Positions 41,830-54,504 of a DNA stretch of 64,000 bases are shown here, in pieces. A model generated the notes under the pieces. It searched no databases. It saw only the letters and a program-made list of their open reading frames with translations, and had not been told where the DNA came from. Position 1 is the first letter of the stretch, and every line of letters begins with the position of its first letter. The position numbers were made by a program, and so were the translations under genes. The DNA comes from Octopus sinensis (Eukaryota), in contig NC_043018.1 in assembly GCF_006345805.1 (NCBI RefSeq), positions 29,264,001 to 29,328,000 on the forward strand, in the 5' to 3' direction.

Positions 41830-43246
41830 ACAAAATTTATGCAGATATTTTTCGAAGTGTATTTCCATACACTTGTGGAACTTTCCTACTTCAGATCATG
41901 TTCCTATCTAGATTTATATTCATATGTATGCATGATAACTTTCTTGGGAAAATGGATATGTTTTTTTTGTTCCTTGATTCTACGTATATATATATGTTGA
42001 TAACAGCGTATGTATTTGTTTATACTCGTGTAAGAGAAAGAAAGTTTGTCTGTGTACGTGGAGACAAGAAAACATATGTTTGGAAGTTTATATGCATATG
42101 TACAGCATATAATATAAAATCCATACATGGATTTATTCATATACTCATGAGCATTACTAGAATCAAATTTATACCCGTTTCATAAAAATCAACCATGCTG
42201 AAAACATCAGGTTTCTTATGTAAGAACAAGCCTCTGCATTGAATGCAACAGACATTTATTCTTAAAAGCGATGTATGTATTAAAAAAAAAATTCCTAAAT
42301 ATTTTTTTCCATATTTTGTACACTTTCAGTCTTTCATATCGTATATGTATTCTTTAATAATTCTACCTCGATATTGTCGTTATTATTGTAGCTGAGGGTA
42401 GATGTGGGTGGGTATTTTCTCTCTATGTTGTTTTATCTGGCTTTGCATTAAAATGTAGCTAAGAGCTTGAATACAGGTTAATATTGAAGCGATCTGTGAA
42501 GGATATTACTGTTATGGCTACGATTACTGAATGACCTGGTATTAATGCATAAAATATCATAAGAAAAAGGCATGAACGTTGAAAAATCCCATTCATTCTC
42601 CATTTGAAATAATTTTCCAACACTGTGTTGTTCTGGTTACGTAAAAGCAAATCAATACCATGTCAGAAGTCTTCAGAATTGGTCGAACATAAAACAGCAA
42701 TGTTAGAAAACTATATATCTTTCACACAGACATGCGATGATGGAAGCACATCTTGGCGTTGTTACATTATAAATCTTACAAACCAATATTCTTTGAATGA
42801 TCTCTGTGGAATGATTTCTCAAACACTGACGTGCGAAGAATTCTTGTCTTCACTGACCATGCCACTTAACATATTGTCTCACTATCTGTACGCTCCTACG
42901 CGTAGCAGCTGTGTGTTTCAATATACGCATATCCAAATAAGAATATATACAGAACTACATATAACGGTTGTGTGCGATTATGTTTATATATGTGTATATG
43001 TATATAGTAATGTATTTATTCCCTTCAGCGGCAACCATATGATGTAATTTTTATATAAACTTTATATTTCTATCTTGTTGCAATTTTTTAAATATATTTT
43101 AATATTTTTCATTCTGTTGCTACGAGTAACAGTATATGAACATACACACATACGTGCGTATGTATGCATATAGGTACGTATATAGATATATATATAGTTA
43201 TGTGTTTATGTATGCATTTGTTCATATATATCTATATATATATATG

Positions 43247-43262
43247 TCTTATATAATATCCG

Positions 43263-43293
<31 letters not shown>

Positions 43294-43590
43294 GTTTCTA
43301 GGATCTCGGGCATCCTCCATCCGATTGCGCTCAAATTTGATATCTAGATACTGACGGTATCAGGGCATGTTTAAGTCTTGAAAAAATTAGAGAAATCGAT
43401 TCCAGGTGAGAATGCGATCGATAAAGCCGTTCGAATAGAAAAAAGTCTATCTTTATTTCTTCTTTTGCTGGTGTCTCAAATTTAGGTTAAATCAGTGTTT
43501 CTCAAAGGAGAGGCCTAGTTGTTTTGAGAAAATTGGTTTAAATGTTTGACAACTCAACACGGTCCATTGCACGGGGAGCGTTTTGCTCGT
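43247..43590 (+). mobile_element. Non-autonomous Helitron-like element
   Basis: TCTTATATAATATCCGTTCTGTG.. start; shared core CTAGGATCTCGGGCATCCTCCATCCGATTGCGCTCAA; ends CGGTCCATTGCACGGGGAGCGTTTTGCTCGT. Confidence 0.65.
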
Positions 43591-43593
43591 ATG

Positions 43594-43646
<53 letters not shown>

Positions 43647-44443
43647 ATATAAATTATAATTACATGTGTGTGTATGTGTGTCAATTTAAAAATATGTCAT
43701 TATCAAAAAATAAGAATATATTCACCAAAAATCACTCACTCTAAATAACTTTTACTCTGATCAGTTGTCCTGGCACACCTTGTTCAACTACCAGGGTGGT
43801 TCGATTAGCTGGTATTATAAAGCGTAGATAGTACAACAGTTATTATGGAATTCTTAACTCGTAGTAGTCTGGGTGGTGTGAGTTAATGATTAGAAAATAT
43901 TAAGAGGGGCTTCTTTTTAAGAAAGTTTACATGAAAGTCTTCAAAATAGGTAGTAAAATAAATTTATAATTATTCTATGTTCATAAAAAATCATGGCTGT
44001 ATAAGAAGCTTTTATACTGAAGGAAATATATTTAAGTATTTATAGAGAATTTTATGGGAATGACCATAGAATTCTGTATAAATACTTAAATCAGATTCTT
44101 TCTGTATATATGCTTCTTTACAATCATGATTTCTGATGAACTTAAAATATTTATGAATATATTTTACTTTACATTTTACTACGTTTTTGAACACTTTTAT
44201 GTAAACTGTTTAAACGAAAAGCCCCTCTCAACATTTTCTTATTGTCAAAGATTATTTTTCTTAACATTTTCTTATCATTATCAAATACTGTATACATGTA
44301 TTATAATACAATTATGATAACCGTTTTTTAACACCAGAAAGCTTATACAAAGCTTTACCTTTTACTTTTGAATTTTTTTTCAATGTGAAACCGGTCAAGT
44401 CAATAAACATCTTTAAATGACGTATGCATTTTCAAATCCTCTT

Positions 44444-44485
<42 letters not shown>

Positions 44486-44525
44486 TATATATGTTTATGT
44501 CTCGTTCAGAGATTTATTATTATAT

Positions 44526-44598
<73 letters not shown>

Positions 44599-44725
44599 AA
44601 AAGTAAAGAGTGAAAAAACTACAGAAGGCTTAAATGTTAAAAAATATATATATTTGCGTCAATATGTCTGAAGAATATTAGAAAATTTTTTTAAAAATTT
44701 TTTCTCTTATAATGACATAACTTAA

Positions 44726-44764
44726 AAGAAAGACCGGTTTCGCGTGTAGCTTTTCAAATTTCTT
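44726..44764 (-). ncRNA. Minimal type I hammerhead (inverted copy)
   Basis: Exact reverse complement of 45063-45101. Confidence 0.7.
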
Positions 44765-45062
44765 GCGACGTTATGTTTATGTTGAATAGAGTTTTCGTTA
44801 TGTTTATGTTCAGGAGAGTTCTAAATAAGCTTTCGGATCATCAACACAAATTAGACTAAACAAGGAAACATTCTTCATTGAAAAGTACAAGCCCAGACTC
44901 AGCTATCCAAACATACTGATGCGAGAACTTCACACCAAGGGAAAGGAAAAAAATTTTAAGCGATTATCTCCCTTACACCGGAAGAAATCACTCACTACCT
45001 TCCCTTATTTAGAACTCTCCTGAACATAAACATAACGAAAACTCTATTCAACATAACGTCGC

Positions 45063-45101
45063 AAGAAATTTGAAAAGCTACACGCGAAACCGGTCTTTCT
45101 T
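45063..45101 (+). ncRNA. Minimal type I hammerhead, U3:A8 covariant with one extra U before the core
   Basis: AAGAAA-T-TTGAAAA-GC-TACAC-GC-GAAA-CCGG-TC-TTTCTT. Confidence 0.7.
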
Positions 45102-45735
45102 TTAAATTATGTCATTATAAGAGAAAAAATTTTTTTAAAAATTTTCTAATATTCTTCAGACATATTGACGCAAATATATATATTTTTTAACCTTTAAGCC
45201 TTCTGTAGTTTTTTCACTCTTTACTTTTTTCTATATATTCACCCACGTGCTTTCACAAACCAACTTTCTTATCTATCTATATATATATATATATATATAT
45301 AACTACATGTACGCATATATATAAATGTATAGATAAATAGGCAGACAGGCAGGCAGGCAGACAGAGATGTAGAAAGATAGATAAATAGATAGATAGATAG
45401 AAGAATGTGAGTGTGTGTGTGTGTTATGCTGTTACTAGACGAGTAGTACCCATTTTTCGGTTGCAGGCTACCAAGCCGACACTTCGGTGACACTCATCTC
45501 TTTTCCTGTGAATGTATAAATAAATATCTACTCTACAAATTGTTCTCTCTAACTCTTCAGTTCAACCTTAAATTGTTTTCGTTTAAACAGAACATAGAAA
45601 CAAACATACATATATATACATGCATTCATACATACATACATATGTGCGTATGTGCTACGTGTGTATGTATGTATGTATGTGTGAATGTAAGTATGAATGT
45701 ATGTATATGTGTGTGCATTTAAATATATAGAAGTA

Positions 45736-45808
<73 letters not shown>

Positions 45809-45820
45809 CTCTCTCTCTCG

Positions 45821-45860
<40 letters not shown>

Positions 45861-47374
45861 GGTTATATATAAGTATATATATACATATATATACAAATAT
45901 GGTTCTCCAAGGACGTAGTTGAGTTTCTTGGAGATTTCATACACGTCATCCAGAACATTGACCACTCGGGAGACATAAAAAGAAATCAAATGTTGATTGA
46001 TTTTCCACACCTGCGATTGAGAATTCGCCTGCTACAAGTGATAAACCACAGGATGAAACATCAAAGAATCGAAATATCCTCTGTTTATTTGAAAGAAACC
46101 GACAACAAGGTGCAGCCTATTTATTTCGAATAATTTCCTTTTATATATGTTCGGTTATATAAACCCTCAACCAATTTATATATTAATGCCATTCCTTTCT
46201 TTTATAATGTATCATGAGAAGCAATTATATTAATGATTCTAATTTAAGTTTTAAACAAGATCTACTACTGAAAACAGATTCTCTATTCTGTCTGTCAGGC
46301 TATTAGCGGTGTGATACTTGATTCGATGCACGGTTCTGGAGCGTCACTTTATTCTGTTGCAGTGATGTTGGTGACTGGAGACGGAGGATATCAATGCTAG
46401 AGCAATATTGACAGCTGAGACACAGTAGAAACTGAATTCTTGTTTGAGTATTTGAAATGTCTACCTTACAAACTTAACGTATACGTGCGACACTATACAC
46501 TACTTTTTCGTAGCTGTCTATGATAACTAGAAGCGATCTTAATTGTACAAATTGAGACGTAATGGTTCCGATGTGGGCGGACACGAACAAGTGCAAGAGC
46601 AAGGAAACAGAAACATTTATGTTTAAGACACTACACTTGATATTGAAATTACTAGCGCTTGGTTATGGTATTACACTCAGGATTATGGTTTCGATTTTCA
46701 CACGAGGCACTACTTTGGGTTATAAAACAAAGTACTTCATTTTACGTTGCGCTAGTCAACTCGGGTGTATTATGTTCCATCAATAGCTCGGGAGTTAGCC
46801 ATGAGGCGGACTGACATCTGGTTCAGGAAGAAGTGAAGAAGGAACCTCAAACCCTCTCACACCATTGGAATCAATCAAACTCCGGCCTTATCAGTTTAGG
46901 GCTCGTGGGTCACGTAACTGACAGTGACAGTCCGTTGTTTCAGATCTTGTATTGTATTTGATTTGAGGTCATTACAGATGCTGCTTTCGTCATAGCAGTG
47001 CTCAACAAGGATCTTGTGCAATCTGATCATCTTCGTAAATGCCACTGTATTTATTCGGAAACGCCTGACGTATGGATGAGTGCGAGAACTAAAATTCTAA
47101 CCATAATTCTAGTTGAGACAAAAATTATCTGCTATTTCAAAAGCGTTCTGCAAGTAATGGTGTATTTGGTACTGAATATCGACAAACTAATAGTGCACTA
47201 ATATTGGTACTAATAACAACAGTTACTGAAAGAACAAACGATGAAAGAATGCAATCCATTTGAAGAATCTCTGAAATTCTTTGGTGATAAATACTCCCAG
47301 GAATGCAACTTTGATGATCATAAAGGTTGAAAGTTGATAAGTGCTGTTTAAAGTCAATTAAATACAGTGTTCTG

Positions 47375-47420
<46 letters not shown>

Positions 47421-47555
47421 TGATGATGATGATGATGATGATGAGAATAATGATAATAATAATATTAATAATATTAATCATAATAATAATAATAATAATA
47501 AAATAATAATAATAATAGTAATAATAATAACAACAACAACAACAACAACAACAAC

Positions 47556-47610
<55 letters not shown>

Positions 47611-47646
47611 TTAAAAATAATAATAATAAAAATAATAATAATAATT

Positions 47647-47690
<44 letters not shown>
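47375..47690. repeat. (ATA/ATG/ACA)n trinucleotide tract
   Basis: Directly visible. Confidence 0.95.
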
Positions 47691-48296
47691 TGTAACGTTG
47701 TATGTTACAAAGTGAAAAAGGACACACTTCAAACGTGAAAGTTAATTACACAGCGATATAGAACAACTGAAGCTACTTCACAATGAAAAGCAGACAACAG
47801 AGGCAACAAGAACAACAGTCAATTGAGCGCAGGGGATGTCCAATTCTGGAGAACTGAGGGTAGATAGTTTGTAAAAAGTGTTACAAGACCAGATGAGAAA
47901 AAAAGCGGGTGTCTTAGTCGCAAGCACACAGAGTGCGAACTGTTGGGAAAATATAGTGGCAATATGAGGAAGGGTGATTTCCTCTCTAAGTCTGGCGAAA
48001 ATGCAATTTCATTATAGCAGCGCAGTCATAAAATAAATTAAATATAAGCGATCAATGGCAATATCTCTCGCGATTAATACGTCGTGTGTTTTGTTCATTA
48101 CTATTGTATGTGTATGTGTACGTAGACATACACACATACACACACATATATGCATATTTATGTACGTATATGTATACGTCCGTATATGTATATGTGTATG
48201 TACGCATATATATACATACATACATATATATATATATTACTCTTAGGAGTGAACAGCCGTCATTTTTGTATGTATGTATGTATGTATGTATGTACG

Positions 48297-48370
<74 letters not shown>

Positions 48371-48881
48371 ACTATCTATCTATCTATCTATCTATTTATC
48401 TATCTATCTGTCTGTCTATGTAGATAGGTAGGTCGGTTGGTAGGAAGGTAGGTACGATGGTAGTTAGGTATGTACGTCTGTAGGTAAGTGATTGGGTATG
48501 TAGGTTTGGTTGTATATAAACGAGTGAAAAAGCGAAGCATATTTTTGAATAGTTTCAAACGCAGTTTTCTCAGCTCTACAAATCTTGTGGCAGCTACAAA
48601 GAGAGACACAGAGAGAGAAGTGATGAAGTAGATAAACACAATTAGGCTTGATACCTATATTTACGTGGAATACGTAAGATATATATATATATATATATAT
48701 AATTCAACAGCAGCATTTGTTTTCGATACAATTTATTAGACCCACACGGGCGATAAATACCCATGCAGTCCAATCGATTGCATACATAGTTGTGATTTAG
48801 CTTCCCCGCCAAAAAGCATGGTAAGACTTAGTGGAAACGAGTACTGCATACAATATTTAGTGCAGTATATTAAATTTATAA

Positions 48882-49100
48882 ATTCATAAATGAGGGTGAA
48901 AAATTAGATATTAATTTAATAATACCATCAGTTTAACACCAAGTGGCCTAGCACATAAAAAACCAGGGGGACAATACAAATTTATACGTAAATATAAGAG
49001 AGTTATTGTTAAGTGGTTAACTTTAGTGCTAGAAAAAGCTCCTTATTCTGGTATAGTCACCATTAAATTAATATCTAATTTTTCACCCTCATTTATGAAT
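48882..49100. repeat. 219-bp segment bounded by perfect 39-bp inverted repeats
   Basis: ATTCATAAATGAGGGTGAAAAATTAGATATTAATTTAAT at 48882-48920; its reverse complement at 49062-49100. Confidence 0.92.
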
Positions 49101-49161
49101 GTATATATATATATATGTATGTATATGCATATATATAAAAAAATACATATGTATATATATC

Positions 49162-49209
<48 letters not shown>

Positions 49210-49233
49210 CATATATATATATTATATGTATAT

Positions 49234-49276
<43 letters not shown>

Positions 49277-49600
49277 ATCTTTAGTTAAATATATTCAATG
49301 AGAATATTATATATTGAAATTATATTGAGTGCTGTATTGTATTAAAGTTTTAATACTATTAAAGTATTTCAGTATTTAATACGAGCGATCATATATTTTT
49401 ATATAAAATATTATTATTTATATCAGGAAATCAGTATTAAAAAATTCTTCAGAATAAAATAATTGTTGTATTAAAAATATAAATATATATATATATATGT
49501 AAATATGTATAATAATAAATATATATATATATATGTAAATATGTATAATAATAAATATATAATAATGACACTTTAAAAGTTTCGAATAAAGTTTTTAAAG

Positions 49601-49692
49601 CATCTTACGATCGTTTCGCAGAAGTGCTGTCCCTATAATGAAGTCCTATATTGATAAATATTTATAGACAACTCTTCTGCTCTTCAGAGATA
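49601..49692 (-). ncRNA. Type I hammerhead ribozyme with extended stem II
   Basis: On minus: TATCT-CTGAAGA-GCAGAAG-A-GTTGTCT-(loop)-GGACAGC-A-CTTCTGC-GAAA-CGATCG-TA-AGATG. Confidence 0.88.
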
Positions 49693-50350
49693 TAAACTGT
49701 GAAATTTGTATAATTTATCGAATGATAGTTTTTTTTCTTTTTAAATATGAAGTAATATAGGAAAACGGTGTTTGTTTGAAATATAAAATAATATAAAAAT
49801 TACTGCCTTTGATTTTGGTAAGTACACTTTGAATATGAGTGTCTTTAAATCCATATATGCTTCCATGGTAATTCTTCTGTAACAATCCATAATAGTTATG
49901 TGTAAAATCCATTATATTGTCTTGTATTCCAAATATAATTCAAAGACTTAGATAATATAGAATAATGGAATCCTATATTGATAAACATTTATAGAGAACT
50001 CTTCTGCTCCTCAGAAATATCAAATGTGAAATTTGTATAATTTAACGAATGGTAGTTTTTCTTAAAAATTGTGAAGTAATATACAAAAATAGTGTTTGTT
50101 TGAAATATAAATTAAAAATTAAGAATTACTGCTTTTGATTTCGATAAGTACATTTTAGTATGACAATCTTGAAAGTCATATATTCCTACTCGGTAAATCT
50201 TCTGTAGTAATCCATAATAATTCTGTATAAAATCCATGATATTGTCCTGTATTCTAAATATAGTCCATAGACCTAAATAATATAAGATAAATATTTTCTA
50301 ATATTGATTCCTGGTAATTCTTCTGTAATAATCCATAATATTTATGTGTA
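49635..50350 (-). repeat. Diverged tandem repeat, about 327-bp period, two copies plus a fragment
   Basis: TCCTATATTGATAAA..CTCTTCTGCTC(T/C)TCAGA at about 49644 and 49971; the downstream segments are colinear. Confidence 0.85.
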
Positions 50351-50382
50351 ATAATAATATATTATATAAATAATATATTATA

Positions 50383-50427
<45 letters not shown>

Positions 50428-50590
50428 TATATATATATAATATATTATATGTGTGTGTGGTGTGTGTGTGGTGTCTGTATACTATATGTTATATATACAT
50501 AATGTATATATATGTATATATATATGTATACTATATGTTATATACATATATATACTATATATTTTATACATATATATATATATATATATA

Positions 50591-50774
50591 GGGAGAGTTT
50601 ACGAAAAACACAAAAGACGAAGATAGGTGGTGTACAAAACAAACAGATGACTTAGTAGAATAGAAAAAGTCTTTTACGTTTCGAGCCTACGCTCTTCTAC
50701 AGAAAGGGACACAGAAAAAAAACAAGGGGAGAAACAAGGAGAGAAAAAATGTGTGTAGTGGTTAACGATCTATC

Positions 50775-50776
<2 letters not shown>
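50591..50776 (-). repeat. About 190-bp dispersed repeat with a hammerhead-like motif (copy 2)
   Basis: Colinear with 41064-41256. Confidence 0.85.
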
Positions 50777-50809
<33 letters not shown>

Positions 50810-50866
50810 TGTATGTATGTATGTATGTATGTATGTATGTATGTTTGTATGCATTTATATATGTGT

Positions 50867-51085
50867 AAACAATTGCAGCGTGGAAGGTGTTTTTAAACCA
50901 TTTAAAAACATACCAAAACCGTTAGATTCAGTGTCCCGTGCTGCACGGAATTTTCTTAGTAATCAGGTCACAGTCTCAAAGCCACGAAAATATTTTGGCA
51001 AATTAAATTTAACTGATGCAGTGAATCTGACGGTTTTTGTCTGTTTTCAATTGCCTTATAAACACCTTCCACGCTGCAATTGTTT
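50867..51085. repeat. Segment bounded by imperfect 64-bp inverted repeats
   Basis: AAACAATTGCAGCGTGGAAGGTGTTT...AGATTCA at 50867-50930; reverse complement at 51022-51085. Confidence 0.88.
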
Positions 51086-51164
51086 TTGCTTCAGTACATG
51101 ATCTCAAATCAGGTCACTTGCGATGCAAGTACATCACCGCAATATATATATATATATATATTCA

Positions 51165-51456
51165 TTATTATTTGTAGGGCACAGTTGATAGAGAGACCAA
51201 CAAAACTCCTGACACCAAAGATTAACTGAAGGCCAGGATTATGGCAGCCTCCATCAACTTAAACACAGAGGCCGCCCAGAAGTGTTGCAGGAGATTCCGA
51301 AGTCGTCTGGAGGCTGTGTTTGATGCCAATGTCGATTTTATTGATTAAATTTTCTCTTTAGTATTTCAGGATATTTTTATGCAATATTGGCAAATATATC
51401 TGATAAAATGAGATGTCATGGTCATTTCTATTTTTGCGTAATTCACCCCACCCAGT
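51165..51456 (+). mobile_element. Tc1/maT-like transposase 3' remnant
   Basis: Translates to *GTVDRETNKTPDTKD*LKARIMAASINLNTEAAQKCCRRFRSRLEAVFDANVDFID*. Confidence 0.75.
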
Positions 51457-51599
51457 GTCTATGTGTGTGTGTATAACATATTAAATGTCGTAATCTCGTG
51501 TGTTTTGTATAGAGTTGATCTAGCCTCCATCTACTGGGACCGTTATCCCGTAGCTCAGCGATTCGTCCAAAAATACTGAGATGATAAGTAGCAGGAAAT

Positions 51600-51731
51600 G
51601 TATGTATGTCATTAATCAGTTTATTTCAAGATTTCTTGCCAACAGGGAAAGAAACGGTTTCTAACCTAGATCCCAGTTCCCTTCATTAGAATTTCAACAT
51701 CAACAACAGGGAATTTTTGTTTGTATGTATG

Positions 51732-51762
<31 letters not shown>

Positions 51763-51975
51763 GTATGTGCTAATTTTTATGTTTTATTTATGTATACTTA
51801 TGCATAGAGTTGCATGTCTAGACTTGCTCATATATATTTAAATGATAAACTTCTGGAAAGTTTTACAGATTTTTACAGTTCCAGTGATGGATTTAATCTG
51901 TAGTCTTAAACCTTTCTGGTATGGAGAAGCCTACTTTCTCAAGATTGGTATTTTGGCAGTGTGTTACACATCCCA
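51600..51975 (-). mobile_element. 3' part of an unassigned (TACA)n-associated retroposon
   Basis: Colinear with 61078-61540 (TTCAAGATTTCTTGCCAA..; AATGATAAACTTCTGGAAAGTTTT). Confidence 0.65.
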
Positions 51976-52825
51976 GTAAGTAAATAAGTAAGTATGTATG
52001 TATGTATGTATGTATGTATGTATGTATGTATGTATGTATGTATGTATGTATGTATGTATGCATGCATGCATGTATTCATGTACGTAGTGAATGAAAATAC
52101 GAAGCGTGTATTTAGATATACTTTTAATCAAAGTTTAACTCAGCTTCGCATCTTTTGTGAGCTCGTAGAAAAAGGTCCGTTTCTTTACATGTTAGTAAGT
52201 CCTAGCATTTGTCGAGATTCACTCCAACTGCTATTAAATATACATCTACACACACACACACACACATACACACACACGCACACATATATATATATATATA
52301 TATTTATGTGTATGTTTATGTATGTATATATACATATCTGAATGTCAATGTATGTATGTATACATATACATGCATATGCATGTACGTATGTATGCATATA
52401 CGTATGTATGTATATGTATGTATGTAATGTCTCCTTTTCATCTTATTCGATTATTTCCTGTAGGTTTGCCTATTTAATAGGTTCATTAAATTTATATTTG
52501 AAATTCCTGGTATCAATATTGTTGTCAATACTGTTGACGATGATGACGAAGTTTTTTGCTGGTGATGATGGTGGTAAGGTGATTCAATTTTTGCTGTTAC
52601 TGTTGTTGTTATCTTTGTAGACATCAAATAATCGACGGCGGTGCCTCTGTTATAGAGACAGTCGATTAAAATCTTCATGGTAAGATGTCTGGCTCTCGAA
52701 TATGTCTGTTTTCTGTTAATAATGTCACTAGAACACAGCATAGCAATACACTGCAGTGCTTTAACCGATTCATTTGAATGCTACATCTGAAACGATTGCA
52801 TTTCACAACACCACACTACGTCAAG

Positions 52826-53125
52826 TGGAGGCACATGGCCTAGTGGTTAGAGCAGCGGACTCGCGGTCGCGGGATCGCGAGTCCGAATTCAGACCGGGCG
52901 ATGTGTGTGTTTATGAGCGAAACACCTATGCTCCACGCGGCTCCGCCAGAAGGTAATGGCGAACTTCTGCTGAATCTTTCGTCACAACTTACTCTCACTC
53001 TTTCCTCCTGCATCTTGCAGCTCAACTGCGACTGACCGGCGTTTCGTCCAGTTGGGAAACCTATAAGCCAAGGAAACCGGGAAACTGGCCCTAATGATCA
53101 AGGCGTGGCTCCAGAAGGAACAAAC
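52826..53125 (+). mobile_element. tRNA-derived SINE family A
   Basis: Full match to the copies at 9691 and 29637. Confidence 0.9.
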
Positions 53126-53155
53126 ACCACGTCAAACAATATTGCTTCACACACC

Positions 53156-53870
53156 AAGGCGGCGAGCCTGCAGAATCGTTAGCACGCCGGACCTAATGCT
53201 TAGCATCATTTCGCCCGTCGTCATGTTCTGAGTTCAAATTCCACCGTGGTCGTCTTTGCTTTACATTAATTCGGGGCCGATAAAATAAGTACCAGTGTCA
53301 CACTGAAGTCTATGCAATCAATTTAGCCCCTCTCCTGAAGTTGCTGGCCATGTGACAAAGTCTGAAACTATTATTATTATCATTAGCATCATCATTATCA
53401 TTATCATCATTATAATCAACATTAGCAATTCGTCTCTTCAAATCCCACCTAGATTGATTTTTTTCTTTCTTTTCAGGCGGAAAGCTGGCAGAACCGTTAG
53501 CACGCTGGGCGAAATGATTAGCGGTATTTCATCTGCCGCTACGTTCTGAGTTCAAATTCGGCCGAGGTCAACTTTGCCTTTCATTCTTTCGAGGTCGATT
53601 AAACAAGTACCAGTTACGCACTGAGGTCGATATAATTGACTTAATCTGTTTGTCTGTCCTTGTTCGTCCTCTCTGTGTTTAGTCCCTTGTGGTTAGTAAA
53701 GAAATAAGTATTTCGTCTGCTGCTACGTTCTGAGTTCAAATTTTGCCGGGGACGTCTTTGCCTTTCATCCGTCCAGGATCGATAAATTAAGTACCAGCTG
53801 AGTACTGGGGTCGATGTAATCGACGATCCTCATCCACCAAATTTTAGGCCTTGTGCCTATAGTAGGAAGG

Positions 53871-53916
<46 letters not shown>

Positions 53917-54385
53917 TGTTATTATTATTATTATTATTATTATGATTCAGGCGGCCAGCAAGAAAAATCGTTATGCTTCGAGGCATTTCGTTCGACTTTC
54001 TTTTCTGAATTCCAAGTCCACCGGGATAGAATTAACCGTTTATCTTTTATGAGGTCGATAAAATATGTAGCTGCTCTGCACTGGCAGCCGATGTTATCGA
54101 CTACCCTACCTCTTCAAAATCGCTGACAGTCTATAAAAAAAAATGAAAACAAAATTATACCACACCATACACCAACAACCACCTCGGTCGGAGAAAATGT
54201 GTAGCGACGTTTCTTCTCAATATTTACGGTTTGAGTTTTCATGTTCAGAGTTCAACTCCCGCTTAGTCCGACTTTGACTTTTATTCTCATCAGGGTCAAT
54301 AAACTAAATCTCAGTTGAAGACTGGGGTCTGTGTGATCAATTCCCACCCAACCCCTCAAATAGTTGGTATTGTGCCAAAATTAGA
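53156..54385 (+). mobile_element. Cluster of family B SINEs (about 53156-53365; 53474-53870 dimeric; decayed copies near 53950-54120 and 54200-54385)
   Basis: Repeated AGGCGG..GCAGAA heads and GAGTTCAAATTC / GTCGAT..AAGTACCAG domains. Confidence 0.8.
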
Positions 54386-54504
54386 AGCCACCGTATAGAG
54401 TTCATGGTTGTGAGCTGCTGAGTATCGTTAGTACATTGAACCAAAAGCTTAAGAGCATTTCTTCTGACTTTTTCTCATTCTGAATTCAAGGAACATTTAG
54501 GTCA

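Larger units (their letters stand above)
44593..45232 (+). mobile_element. 5'-truncated Penelope-like element: inverted pLTR + GIY-YIG C-terminus + pLTR
   Basis: Near-perfect inverted arms at about 44593-44829 and 45004-45232. The spacer translates to SSTQIRLNKETFFIEKYKPRLS (R..E..I...P.LN motif). Each arm carries a hammerhead. Confidence 0.85.

Noticed and set aside
40715-43047. Non-repetitive ORFs 40715..41020 and 42625..43047 as host exons
   Set aside because: Non-ATG starts, no recognisable domain and no convincing splice-site pair.
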